This document shows, piece after piece, positions 18,685 to 26,766 of a DNA stretch of 64,000 nt. The stretch spans positions 1,824,001 through 1,888,000 of the forward strand of contig OY782041.1 of the NCBI GenBank assembly GCA_963677595.1. Reading direction: 5' to 3'. Under the pieces are notes generated by a model, which worked only from the letters and a program-made list of their open reading frames with translations, did not search any database and was not told the origin of the DNA. The first letter of the stretch is position 1; each line of letters begins with the position of its first letter. The translations under genes were made by a program, and so were the position numbers. This DNA is from Spirochaetia bacterium. GTDB taxonomy: Bacteria > Spirochaetota > Spirochaetia > CAKZLE01.

Positions 18685-20094
18685 ATGAGTGAGAACATGA
18701 ACGTTAATGTAGAACAGATGATAGACGATATGATGAACAGGGCCCGTACGGCCCAGAAACGCCTCGAACATGCTACGCAGGAGGAGGTCGATACCCTCTG
18801 TGCCCATATCGCATGGGCAGGTATACAGGAAGACTTCGTAGAAGAGTTCGCAGCCCTGGCAGTCGAGGAGACCGGACTCGGCAGGGTGGAGAGCAAGAAG
18901 GCGAAGATCAGGACGAAGACCAAGGGGGTCTACCGCGACCTCAAGGGGAAGAGAAGTGTCGGGATCATAGAGGAGGACCTTGACCGGGGTATCGTGAAGA
19001 TCGCCAAGCCCGTCGGGGTCATCGGTGCCCTCATCCCCTGCACCAACCCCGAGGCCACCCCCTTCTGCAAGGCCCTGGCTGCGATCAAGACGAGGAATGC
19101 CATCATCATGGCACCGCACCCGCGGGCGGTGCGGACCGGGAAGATGGCAGTGGACAGGATGCGGAAGGTCCTCGAGTCCTTCGGCTACCCGGCTGACCTC
19201 ATCCAGGTCATGGAGAAGGTCAGTGTGGAGGCGAGCGGGAAGCTCATGGAGGCCTGCGACCTCATCATCGCCACCGGGGGAGGCGGGATGGTGAAGGCTG
19301 CCTACAGCAGCGGCACCCCTGCCTACGGTGTCGGCGCGGGGAACGCGGTCGTCATCGTCGATGAGACGGCGATACCCGAAAAGGTCGCTGATGACGTGAG
19401 GCGCTCCAAGACCTTCGATTACGCGACGAGCTGTTCGGCTGAGAACTCACTGGTCATCGAGGAGACGATATACGATAGGCTGGTTGACGCACTCACCGAG
19501 GAGCATGGGTACCTGCTGGATACCGGGGAGAAGGGACTCCTGCAGAAGGCCCTCTGGCCTGACGGTATCCACCTCAACCGTGAGGTCGTGGCACAGCCGG
19601 CATCGAGGATCGCGGAACTTGCCGGTATAACCATCCCCGAGGGAACCGAGTTCCTGATGGTAGAGGAGACCGGTTTCGGGAGTGCATACCCCTTCTCAGG
19701 GGAGAAGCTCTCCGTGGTCCTGACACTCTACCGGTATACCGAATTCATCGATGCCGTGGGACTCGTCAAGGGGATCACCGCATTCTCCGGTGCCGGCCAC
19801 TCCTGCGGTATGCATACTGCAGACCGGGAGCGGGCTGTAGCCCTCGCCGAGGCCGTCCCGGTCTCCAGGGTCATGATCAACCAGCCGCAGTGCCTGGCGA
19901 ACAGCGGGGCATGGTCGAACGGTATGCCGATGACCCTGACCCTCGGCTGCGGTACCTGGGGTGGGAACATCTCGAGCGAGAACATCGGCTGGAAGCAGAT
20001 GATGAATACCACCTGGGTCTCTTTCCCCATCGAGGCAGGGGAGCCCGACGATCGGGAACTCTTCGGCGAGCAGTTCCTGCAGCTACGCTACTAG
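18685..20094 (+). CDS. CoA-acylating aldehyde dehydrogenase (SauS/SucD/AdhE-N-like)
   Basis: PCTNP, ATGGGGMVKAAYSSGTPAYGVGAGN, SKTFDYATSCSAEN (catalytic Cys), GEKLS, TLTLGCGTWGGN. Confidence 0.88.
   Translation: MSENMNVNVEQMIDDMMNRARTAQKRLEHATQEEVDTLCAHIAWAGIQEDFVEEFAALAVEETGLGRVESKKAKIRTKTKGVYRDLKGKRSVGIIEEDLDRGIVKIAKPVGVIGALIPCTNPEATPFCKALAAIKTRNAIIMAPHPRAVRTGKMAVDRMRKVLESFGYPADLIQVMEKVSVEASGKLMEACDLIIATGGGGMVKAAYSSGTPAYGVGAGNAVVIVDETAIPEKVADDVRRSKTFDYATSCSAENSLVIEETIYDRLVDALTEEHGYLLDTGEKGLLQKALWPDGIHLNREVVAQPASRIAELAGITIPEGTEFLMVEETGFGSAYPFSGEKLSVVLTLYRYTEFIDAVGLVKGITAFSGAGHSCGMHTADRERAVALAEAVPVSRVMINQPQCLANSGAWSNGMPMTLTLGCGTWGGNISSENIGWKQMMNTTWVSFPIEAGEPDDRELFGEQFLQLRY
18695..18710. promoter_or_regulatory. 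Intragenic LacI-type operator
   Basis: ACATGAACGTTAATGT, 15/16 match to the main operator. Confidence 0.6.
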
Positions 20095-20103
20095 GGGCCT
20101 GAA

Positions 20104-21666
20104 GTGGTGAAAGATCATAGAGAGACCCTGCTGAGGATCAGCAGGGAGGCAGAATCGGGCGGCGGGTCCGCCAGGATGGAATCACAGCACCAGAAGGGAA
20201 AGTTGACGGCACGGGAGCGTATAGCCGTGCTGCTCGACCCGGGGTCCTTCGGGGAGATAGACAAGTTCAGGCTGCATGACTGCCATGACTTCGACATGAA
20301 GGAGAAGTCATACTACGGGGACGGGGTGGTCACGGGGTTCGGGACGATCGAGGGGACCGATGTCTTCGTCTATGCCCAGGACTTCACGGTCCTCGGGGGA
20401 TCGCTCTCCCGTTCGCATGCGAGGAAGATCTGCAAGGTCATGGATATGGCCGCCGACGCAGGGGCACCGATCATCGGTCTCAATGATTCCGGGGGAGCCC
20501 GGGTCCAGGAGGGAATCGACGCGCTTGCCGGCTATGGGGAGATCTTCTTGCGCAACGTGCGCTACTCCGGGCTCATCCCCCAGATCACGGCGATCCTCGG
20601 GCCCTGCGCCGGCGGGGCGGTCTACTCCCCGGCCGTGCAGGACTTCGTGCTCATGACAAGGCGCACCAGCCATATGTTCGTCACGGGGCCGAAGGTGGTG
20701 AAGACCGTCCTCCATGAGGATGTCACCACTGCGGACCTCGGCGGTGCCCAGGTCCACGGGACGGTCAGCGGTGCCGCCCATATCGTGAAGGAGACCGAGC
20801 ATGAGGTCATCGAGGAGATCAGGAGGCTCGTCTGCTTCCTCGCAAGGAAGGAGGTGGCAGAACAGTCTCTCCCCAAGAAGAAGGAGCCGGTGTTCAAGCG
20901 GCCTGCGAAGCGGGAATCCCTCTGGGACATCATCCCCGGGGACCTGCGGAAGCCGTACAACATCAGGGACGTGATCACGCAGGTCATAGACATCGAGTCC
21001 ATGATCGAGATCTCGCAGGACTTCGCGAAGAACATCGTGACCTGTTTCGCGCGGATCGGCGGGATCGGCATCGGCATCATCGCCAACCAGCCGAACCACT
21101 TTGCCGGCGTCCTTGACATCAAGGCATCGAGGAAGGCAGCGCGGTTCATCCGGTTCTGCGATGCCTTCGGGGTCCCGATCGTCACATTGGAGGATGTCCC
21201 GGGGTTCATGCCGGGGAAGGACCAGGAGCAGAACGGGATCATCGTGAACGGTGCGAAGCTGCTCTATGCCTATGCGGAGGCTACCGTGCCGAAGCTTACC
21301 GTCATCCTGCGGAAGGCCTATGGCGGGGCCTACATCGTGATGAGCAGCCGGCACCTGCTTGCCGACATGGTCTTCGCCTGGCCGCATGCCGAGATCGCGG
21401 TCATGGGGGCCGAGGGGGCTGTGGAGGTCCTCTACAGCAAGCAGGCCGGCAGCAATGGGCAGGTGACTGAGCATGAGTTCAGGCAGCAGAAGATCCAGGA
21501 GTACTCCGACTTCTTCCTCAACCCCTACCGGGCTGCGGAGAAGGGGTATATCGACGCGATCATCGACCCGGATGAGACACGGGAGCGGCTGCTGGGGGCC
21601 TTGCGGCTCTTCGCTGCGAAACAGCAGGTACTACCTGCAAAGAAACATGGGAACATACCCTTATGA
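20104..21666 (+). CDS. Acyl-CoA carboxyltransferase beta subunit (PccB/MmdA-like)
   Basis: GKLTARERI, DSGGARVQEG, GPCAGGAVYSP, DVPGFMPG, RKAYGGAY, C-terminal KKHGNIPL. Confidence 0.93.
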   Translation: MVKDHRETLLRISREAESGGGSARMESQHQKGKLTARERIAVLLDPGSFGEIDKFRLHDCHDFDMKEKSYYGDGVVTGFGTIEGTDVFVYAQDFTVLGGSLSRSHARKICKVMDMAADAGAPIIGLNDSGGARVQEGIDALAGYGEIFLRNVRYSGLIPQITAILGPCAGGAVYSPAVQDFVLMTRRTSHMFVTGPKVVKTVLHEDVTTADLGGAQVHGTVSGAAHIVKETEHEVIEEIRRLVCFLARKEVAEQSLPKKKEPVFKRPAKRESLWDIIPGDLRKPYNIRDVITQVIDIESMIEISQDFAKNIVTCFARIGGIGIGIIANQPNHFAGVLDIKASRKAARFIRFCDAFGVPIVTLEDVPGFMPGKDQEQNGIIVNGAKLLYAYAEATVPKLTVILRKAYGGAYIVMSSRHLLADMVFAWPHAEIAVMGAEGAVEVLYSKQAGSNGQVTEHEFRQQKIQEYSDFFLNPYRAAEKGYIDAIIDPDETRERLLGALRLFAAKQQVLPAKKHGNIPL

Positions 21667-21679
21667 GAAGGAAGAAGAT

Positions 21680-22579
21680 ATGAGAGTACAGGAACATCCT
21701 GGGATACGGAACGACCAGGATCGCAGGCTGCTGGACAGACTGGCAGCCGGGGAGACTCTGGGTGCAGGGGAGCTGGCCTATGCAGCCAGAAGGATCAGGG
21801 AACTGATCCTCCACACGACACATACCGCGGGAGCAGGGCATACAGGAGGATCCCTCTCAGAGGTCGAGATCCTGACCCTGCTCTTCTTCAAGCACCTGCA
21901 CATCGACCCGGCAGACCCCCGGATGGGGAACCGGGACCGGTTCATCCTCTCCAAGGGGCATGCCACACCGGGATACTACTCGACGCTTGCCTACCGGGGT
22001 TTCTTCGACCTGGAGGTGCTTGCCTCCTTCGACAGCCTCGGCAGCATCCTGCAGGCCCACCCGGACATGCACAAGGTCCCGGGCTGCGACATCTCCTCAG
22101 GATCCCTGGGACAGGGACTCTCCTGCGGGATCGGGATGGCACTCGGGGCTGCAAAATCGGGAGTAGAGAACATGGTCTATGTCCTGATGGGGGACGGCGA
22201 GAGCACCGAAGGACAGATCTGGGAGGCAGCCCTCTACGCGGGGGCAAAGAACCGGAAGGTGAAGAACCTGGTCGCGATCGTGGACAACAACCGGGTACAG
22301 CTGGCATCACACACGAAGGATGCAGTGGATCTCGGGGACCTCGCAGGGAAATATGAGGCTTTCGGCTGGTCTGCAGTCACCTGTGACGGCCATGACATCA
22401 CGGCACTTGATGCCGCGTTCACCAGGGCACGGAGAATGGCGGCAGATGGGCCGGTGGCGGTGATCGCGAACACGGTGAAAGGGAAGGGTGTCTCCTTCAT
22501 GGAGGATACCTGTTCCTGGCACGGCAGGGCCGCGAATGATGAGGAGTATGAACTGGCGATGAGGGAATTACATGGATAA
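21680..22579 (+). CDS. Transketolase, N-terminal (ThDP-binding) subunit
   Basis: GHTGGSLS, RDRFILSKGH, SSGSLGQGLS, GDGESTEGQIWEA, TVKGKG. Confidence 0.93.
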   Translation: MRVQEHPGIRNDQDRRLLDRLAAGETLGAGELAYAARRIRELILHTTHTAGAGHTGGSLSEVEILTLLFFKHLHIDPADPRMGNRDRFILSKGHATPGYYSTLAYRGFFDLEVLASFDSLGSILQAHPDMHKVPGCDISSGSLGQGLSCGIGMALGAAKSGVENMVYVLMGDGESTEGQIWEAALYAGAKNRKVKNLVAIVDNNRVQLASHTKDAVDLGDLAGKYEAFGWSAVTCDGHDITALDAAFTRARRMAADGPVAVIANTVKGKGVSFMEDTCSWHGRAANDEEYELAMRELHG

Positions 22580-23534
22580 GGACATTAGGATGAGATACCC
22601 GCAATTGGGTGATGAGATGATGCCGAGGACGGCGATGGGGGAGGCCCTGGTGGAACTTGCCGACAGGTTCCCCAACCTGATGGTCTTCGATGCCGATGTC
22701 TGTGCATCGACACAGACGGTGAAGTTCAGGGATGCATTCCCTGAGAGGTTCTACCAGATGGGAATCGCGGAGTCGAACATGGTGGGTGCCGCCGCGGGCA
22801 TGGCGACCTATGGGTTTACCCCCTTCGTCTCGACCTTCGCAGTCTTTCTGGCAAAGCGCGCGCTGGACCAGATACGGGTCTCGGTAGCCTACCCGAAGCT
22901 GGACGTGAAGCTCAATGGGGCATACGGGGGACTTCCCACCGGCAGGGCTGGTGCTACCCACTCGGCAGTGGCGGATATAGCAGTGATGCGGGCGATGCCG
23001 CACATGAGGGTGCTCGTCCCGGCTGATTCCGTGGAGACGAAGAAGGCCGTGGAGCTCTCGCTCTCAACAGACGGGCCTGTCTACCTGCGGACCGTCCGGT
23101 GTCCGGTTCCCACGATCTTCACCGGGAACCATGAGCCGGCATGGGGGAAGGGGATCACCCTTACCGAAGGGCAGGATGCCGCGATCATCTCGACCGGGAT
23201 GATGACCCCCTATGCGCTCTTCGCAGCAGAACAGCTTCGGAGCGAGGGGATCCACGTACGGCATATACACCTGGCGAGCATCAAACCGATCGACCGCGAG
23301 GTCATCATCAAGGCCGCGAGGGAGACCGGGACGATCTTCACCGTCGAGAACCACAGCATCATCGGCGGGCTTGGGGGAGCCGTTGCGGAGATCGTGGGCA
23401 GGGACTACCCCTGCAGGGTCCTCCCGATCGGGTTCACCGACCGGTTCATGGAATCGGGTGACGACAATACGATATTCTCTTCCTTCTCACTGGATACGGA
23501 AGGGATCAAGGCATGTGTCAGGAGGGCATTGTAA
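22572..23534 (+). CDS. Transketolase, C-terminal subunit
   Basis: GIAESNMVGAAAG, RALDQIR, GATH, VENHSIIGGLG. Confidence 0.93.
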   Translation: MDKDIRMRYPQLGDEMMPRTAMGEALVELADRFPNLMVFDADVCASTQTVKFRDAFPERFYQMGIAESNMVGAAAGMATYGFTPFVSTFAVFLAKRALDQIRVSVAYPKLDVKLNGAYGGLPTGRAGATHSAVADIAVMRAMPHMRVLVPADSVETKKAVELSLSTDGPVYLRTVRCPVPTIFTGNHEPAWGKGITLTEGQDAAIISTGMMTPYALFAAEQLRSEGIHVRHIHLASIKPIDREVIIKAARETGTIFTVENHSIIGGLGGAVAEIVGRDYPCRVLPIGFTDRFMESGDDNTIFSSFSLDTEGIKACVRRAL

Positions 23535-23538
23535 GGAT

Positions 23539-24168
23539 ATGAAGATAGCAGTGATAAACGAAGTGAGTGCATCGGCAAGGAATGGTGATATTATCAGGGC
23601 ACTGGAGGAGAGGGGACACGAAGTGTTCAATGTCGGGATGACCGACCCTGCTTCTGTTCCACAGCTGAGCTACATCCACACGGGTCTGCTGGCAGGTCTG
23701 CTCCTCTACACGAAGCGAGTCGATTTCGTCGTCGGCGGCTGCGGGACCGGACAGGGCTTCCTCAATGCGGCCATGCAGTACCCGGGAGTGTTCTGCGGGC
23801 TGGTAGTCGACGCGCTTGATGCCTGGCTCTTCACCCAGATCAACGGCGGGAACTGTATCTCCCTCCCGCTGAACAAGGGTTACGGCTGGGCAGCCGATAC
23901 CAACCTGCAGTTCATCTTCGACCGGATCTTCAGCGTGGAACCAGGCTGCGGGTACCCGGAGCACCGGAAGGAGCCGCAGAAGGCCTCCCGGATACTCCTC
24001 CAGGAACTTTCGATGATCTCACATCGACCGATGCATGAGATCCTGAGAGACCTCCCGGAAGAGATCACCAGGCCTGCATTGACCTACCCCGGCATCCTCG
24101 GGATCCTCGACCCCGAAACACTGGAGGATACGAGGCTTGCACAGGTCATAAGGGATATAACGGCATAA
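23539..24168 (+). CDS. RpiB/LacAB-fold ketol-isomerase, DhuI-type subfamily
   Basis: MKIAVINE, DFVVGGCGTGQG, DAWLFTQINGGNCISLP..KGYGW match the long RpiB-like family that includes streptococcal DhuI. Confidence 0.85.
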   Translation: MKIAVINEVSASARNGDIIRALEERGHEVFNVGMTDPASVPQLSYIHTGLLAGLLLYTKRVDFVVGGCGTGQGFLNAAMQYPGVFCGLVVDALDAWLFTQINGGNCISLPLNKGYGWAADTNLQFIFDRIFSVEPGCGYPEHRKEPQKASRILLQELSMISHRPMHEILRDLPEEITRPALTYPGILGILDPETLEDTRLAQVIRDITA

Positions 24169-24199
24169 TCTCTGCCGCTCTCAATTCATTCTTTTTCCC

Positions 24200-24240
24200 G
24201 GAGCCGTCACTCCACTACAAGCTGTGGCGGCTCCCTTTTA
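24200..24240 (+). terminator. Rho-independent terminator of the LacI operon
   Basis: GGAGCCGTCAC...GTGGCGGCTCC followed by CTTTT, between convergent genes. Confidence 0.65.
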
Positions 24241-24272
24241 CTTCATCTATAGAGCAGTAAGTTGTACGGTGT

Positions 24273-25370
24273 TCACAGAGCCTTCAGCTGAGTTATCAAT
24301 ACTGAGATCTCATCATCCTTGAGGCATTGCGGATTCACAGCAATGTAATCGCTCTCAATACCGACAAACACAGAAGTCTCAGAATCGAATAATCTTGATT
24401 TTATCTCTTCTGAGGGGATAGAGTCCCATTGTATATAGGCCCTGGGGATGTTAGCCGGCTGAATACCAGGTTCGACAGGATACCCTTTCCTGATCGTGAT
24501 GCCTGGTTTGTCCTTCAGTTGATCTAAGATGTGATCAGTGATGCTGTTCCACCGCTCCATATCCTTGTCAAAATCCCGTTCTGCAAAGAGTTCGACTGCC
24601 CTGACAAACCCTGCGATCGTCTCTTTGTCGATCTTCATGGGGCGCCCGATGCTGTGATGAGGACAGCAGTTCGCATCACAGGCCTCAATCAGCTCTTTCC
24701 GACCGACGATGACCCCTGAGGACTGCGGTCCTCTGATCTCCTTGCCTCCGCTGAAAACAACCAGGTCTGCCCCGATCTCGAGGTACTTGGTGATGTTCTC
24801 TCTTGGAGGGAGTTCAGCCGCAGCATCGACAATGACAGGGATATTATGTTTTTTCATAATAGGCATGATATCGTTCAGGTCCAGAGATCCTCTCATTGGT
24901 TCAGCTTCTGATGCATAGAAAAAGAAGGCAATATTCCCGGAGACGGCGTTCTCGATCATCTCGGTACAGGCGAATGAAGTCGTACCGACCTCCTTGAACC
25001 TGACCCCTGATTGAAGCAGTGCCTGGTCATACAGGTTCCTATGGGATTTCAGGACCAGAGCTTCACTCTTCATTCCCGTTGTATCAGGAAGTTGAAGGAT
25101 GCAGGCTTTATTGGTACCGGCAACACATGCTGCAGCGCTGATCGCCATACCGGCTGCTGCACCACTGGTGATACAAGCTGCCTCGACACCCAACAGTGAT
25201 GCGACTCGTTCCCCTGCATGCTTATGGAGCTTGTCTATATCTATGAAACAGGTGGAAGCTTCTTTCATAGTTTCCAGGACTGACGGATCCATGAGGGATC
25301 CTCCCAGCATGGTAAGGGTTCCTCCCGCATTGATCACCGGCTTTATTGATAGTTTTTCGTATATCGTCAT
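24273..25370 (-). CDS. SelA-like PLP-dependent enzyme (DgaE/ammonia-lyase-like)
   Basis: VINAGGTLTMLGGS, VDAAAE, FSGGKEIRGPQSSG (PLP lysine), IGRPMKIDKE; lacks the SelA N-terminal tRNA-binding domain. Confidence 0.85.
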   Translation of the reverse strand: MTIYEKLSIKPVINAGGTLTMLGGSLMDPSVLETMKEASTCFIDIDKLHKHAGERVASLLGVEAACITSGAAAGMAISAAACVAGTNKACILQLPDTTGMKSEALVLKSHRNLYDQALLQSGVRFKEVGTTSFACTEMIENAVSGNIAFFFYASEAEPMRGSLDLNDIMPIMKKHNIPVIVDAAAELPPRENITKYLEIGADLVVFSGGKEIRGPQSSGVIVGRKELIEACDANCCPHHSIGRPMKIDKETIAGFVRAVELFAERDFDKDMERWNSITDHILDQLKDKPGITIRKGYPVEPGIQPANIPRAYIQWDSIPSEEIKSRLFDSETSVFVGIESDYIAVNPQCLKDDEISVLITQLKAL

Positions 25371-25413
25371 ATGCACCTCATTCTAGTTACTATTAAATCA
25401 CTAAAAAAAAGAT

Positions 25414-25442
25414 TTGACAATATTAAATTTAAAATTTAAAAT
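25414..25442 (+). promoter_or_regulatory. Promoter with putative GntR site (copy 1)
   Basis: TTGACA-17 bp-TAAAAT; 19-mer TAAATTTAAAATTTAAAAT at 25424-25442. Confidence 0.72.
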
Positions 25443-25467
25443 GTTTGTAACATTCTCTTGATTAACT

Positions 25468-26193
25468 ATGAGTGTATGGAATATGATTACGGGTATGAAC
25501 GATTTGAATAAAGTATTGCCGGATTATAAGAAGCAGGAACTCAGTAAAGCTGAAGAAGCCTATGAATATATCAGGGAAGGCATCATCGAGGGGATATGGC
25601 ATCCCGGTGAACGGATCAATGACAGTACGGTCTCTGAGCATCTCGGGATCAATAGATTGTCAGTACGGGAAGCTCTCTCAAAACTCGTCCAGGATGACGT
25701 AGTCGAACAGATAAAATGGAAAGGGTTCTATATCAGGAATATTACGTCTGAGGATGTCACCCGTTTCGTACGGGTACGGGTCGTCCTGGAGGAACTTGCC
25801 ATAAGCGAGATCATCAGGAGGAACCTGCCGGAAGATGACCCAGTCTTCTCGGCGATGAAGAATGCGATAGAGAAAGCTGAGCTTATCATTAAATCTGGTA
25901 ACCATCCCGGGTATATGGAAGCAGATTTCGTGTTCCATGAACTACTTTATAAGACTTCACAGAATAAATGGATCATGAATTTCATAACCAATTCGAAGAT
26001 CGTTATCAGTATGATGCGGAACATTTCCATGGGCCAGAGCGAAGACCAGTTTGTTTCAGCAGCAAAGCAGTCGACTCAGGACCATAGGGACCTGCTTGAA
26101 GCTATCCGGACGGGTGATGAGGAGTCTGCCAAGGAGTTGATCAGACAGCATCTTGCCGATAGGTTCGCTTCGAATATCATTGGAGAACTATAA
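25468..26193 (+). CDS. GntR family regulator (FadR/FCD)
   Basis: AYEYIREGIIEG...PGERI...LGINRLSVREAL HTH; FCD D..FH and DH..LLEAI; start uncertain (25468 or 25495). Confidence 0.92.
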   Translation: MSVWNMITGMNDLNKVLPDYKKQELSKAEEAYEYIREGIIEGIWHPGERINDSTVSEHLGINRLSVREALSKLVQDDVVEQIKWKGFYIRNITSEDVTRFVRVRVVLEELAISEIIRRNLPEDDPVFSAMKNAIEKAELIIKSGNHPGYMEADFVFHELLYKTSQNKWIMNFITNSKIVISMMRNISMGQSEDQFVSAAKQSTQDHRDLLEAIRTGDEESAKELIRQHLADRFASNIIGEL

Positions 26194-26209
26194 GATAACA
26201 GGAGGTATG

Positions 26210-26671
26210 ATGAATTTTGAAGATAAACTGAAGGAGCTTGGGGTGACCATTCCGGTCGTTCCCCCTGCTGCCGGTTCTTTTATACCAGCAACGAAGGTTG
26301 GGTCATTGATCTACTGCTCAGGACAGGGTCCGTTCAGGGATGGGAAACAGGTCTACATCGGGCAAGTCGGGGATGAGATCGATTCAGATCAGGCGTATGA
26401 TGCTGCAAGGATCTCCGTCATCAACCTGCTGGCTGAAGTTTGCAGTATAACGGGTTCTATCAATAAGATAAAACGCATTGTGCAAGTCCGGGGCTTCGTG
26501 AACAGTACGCAGGACTTCCACGACCAGCCGAAAGTGATCAATGGTGCATCTGACTTCCTGCTCGAAGTCTTTGGGGAAGCTGGGAAGCATGTGAGATGTG
26601 CATTCGGGACAAGTAATCTGCCGGAGAACATCCCGGTTGAGATTGAGATGATCGTGGAAGTGGATAGTTGA
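26210..26671 (+). CDS. Rid (YjgF/YER057c/UK114) family protein
   Basis: SGQGP, GFVNS..DFHDQPKVINGASD, HVRCAFG (catalytic Arg), PVEIE. Confidence 0.92.
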   Translation: MNFEDKLKELGVTIPVVPPAAGSFIPATKVGSLIYCSGQGPFRDGKQVYIGQVGDEIDSDQAYDAARISVINLLAEVCSITGSINKIKRIVQVRGFVNSTQDFHDQPKVINGASDFLLEVFGEAGKHVRCAFGTSNLPENIPVEIEMIVEVDS

Positions 26672-26677
26672 TTTTTT

Positions 26678-26706
26678 TTGCCAAAGGTAAATTTAAAATT
26701 TAAAAT
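26678..26706 (+). promoter_or_regulatory. Promoter with putative GntR site (copy 2)
   Basis: TTGCCA-17 bp-TAAAAT; identical 19-mer at 26688-26706. Confidence 0.72.
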
Positions 26707-26766
26707 TATAAATATTCACATGTCGAGGCATGTTGTATATTTAAATAAAATTTGGAGGAATGAAAG

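Noticed and set aside
21473-23538. Long N-terminal extensions in the ORF track (21473, 23212, also 60662 and 58308)
   Set aside because: They overlap neighbouring genes; downstream ATGs with SD-like sequences and family-typical N-termini fit better.
15580-24168. Canonical myo-inositol (iol) or sulfoquinovose operon
   Set aside because: No IolE/B/C/J/A, no sulfoquinovosidase, SQ isomerase or sulfonate exporter is recognisable, and a carboxyltransferase is present instead.
24273-25370. Selenocysteine synthase selA
   Set aside because: Too short, lacks the tRNA-binding N-terminal domain, has no selB/selD/selC nearby, and sits in a catabolic context.
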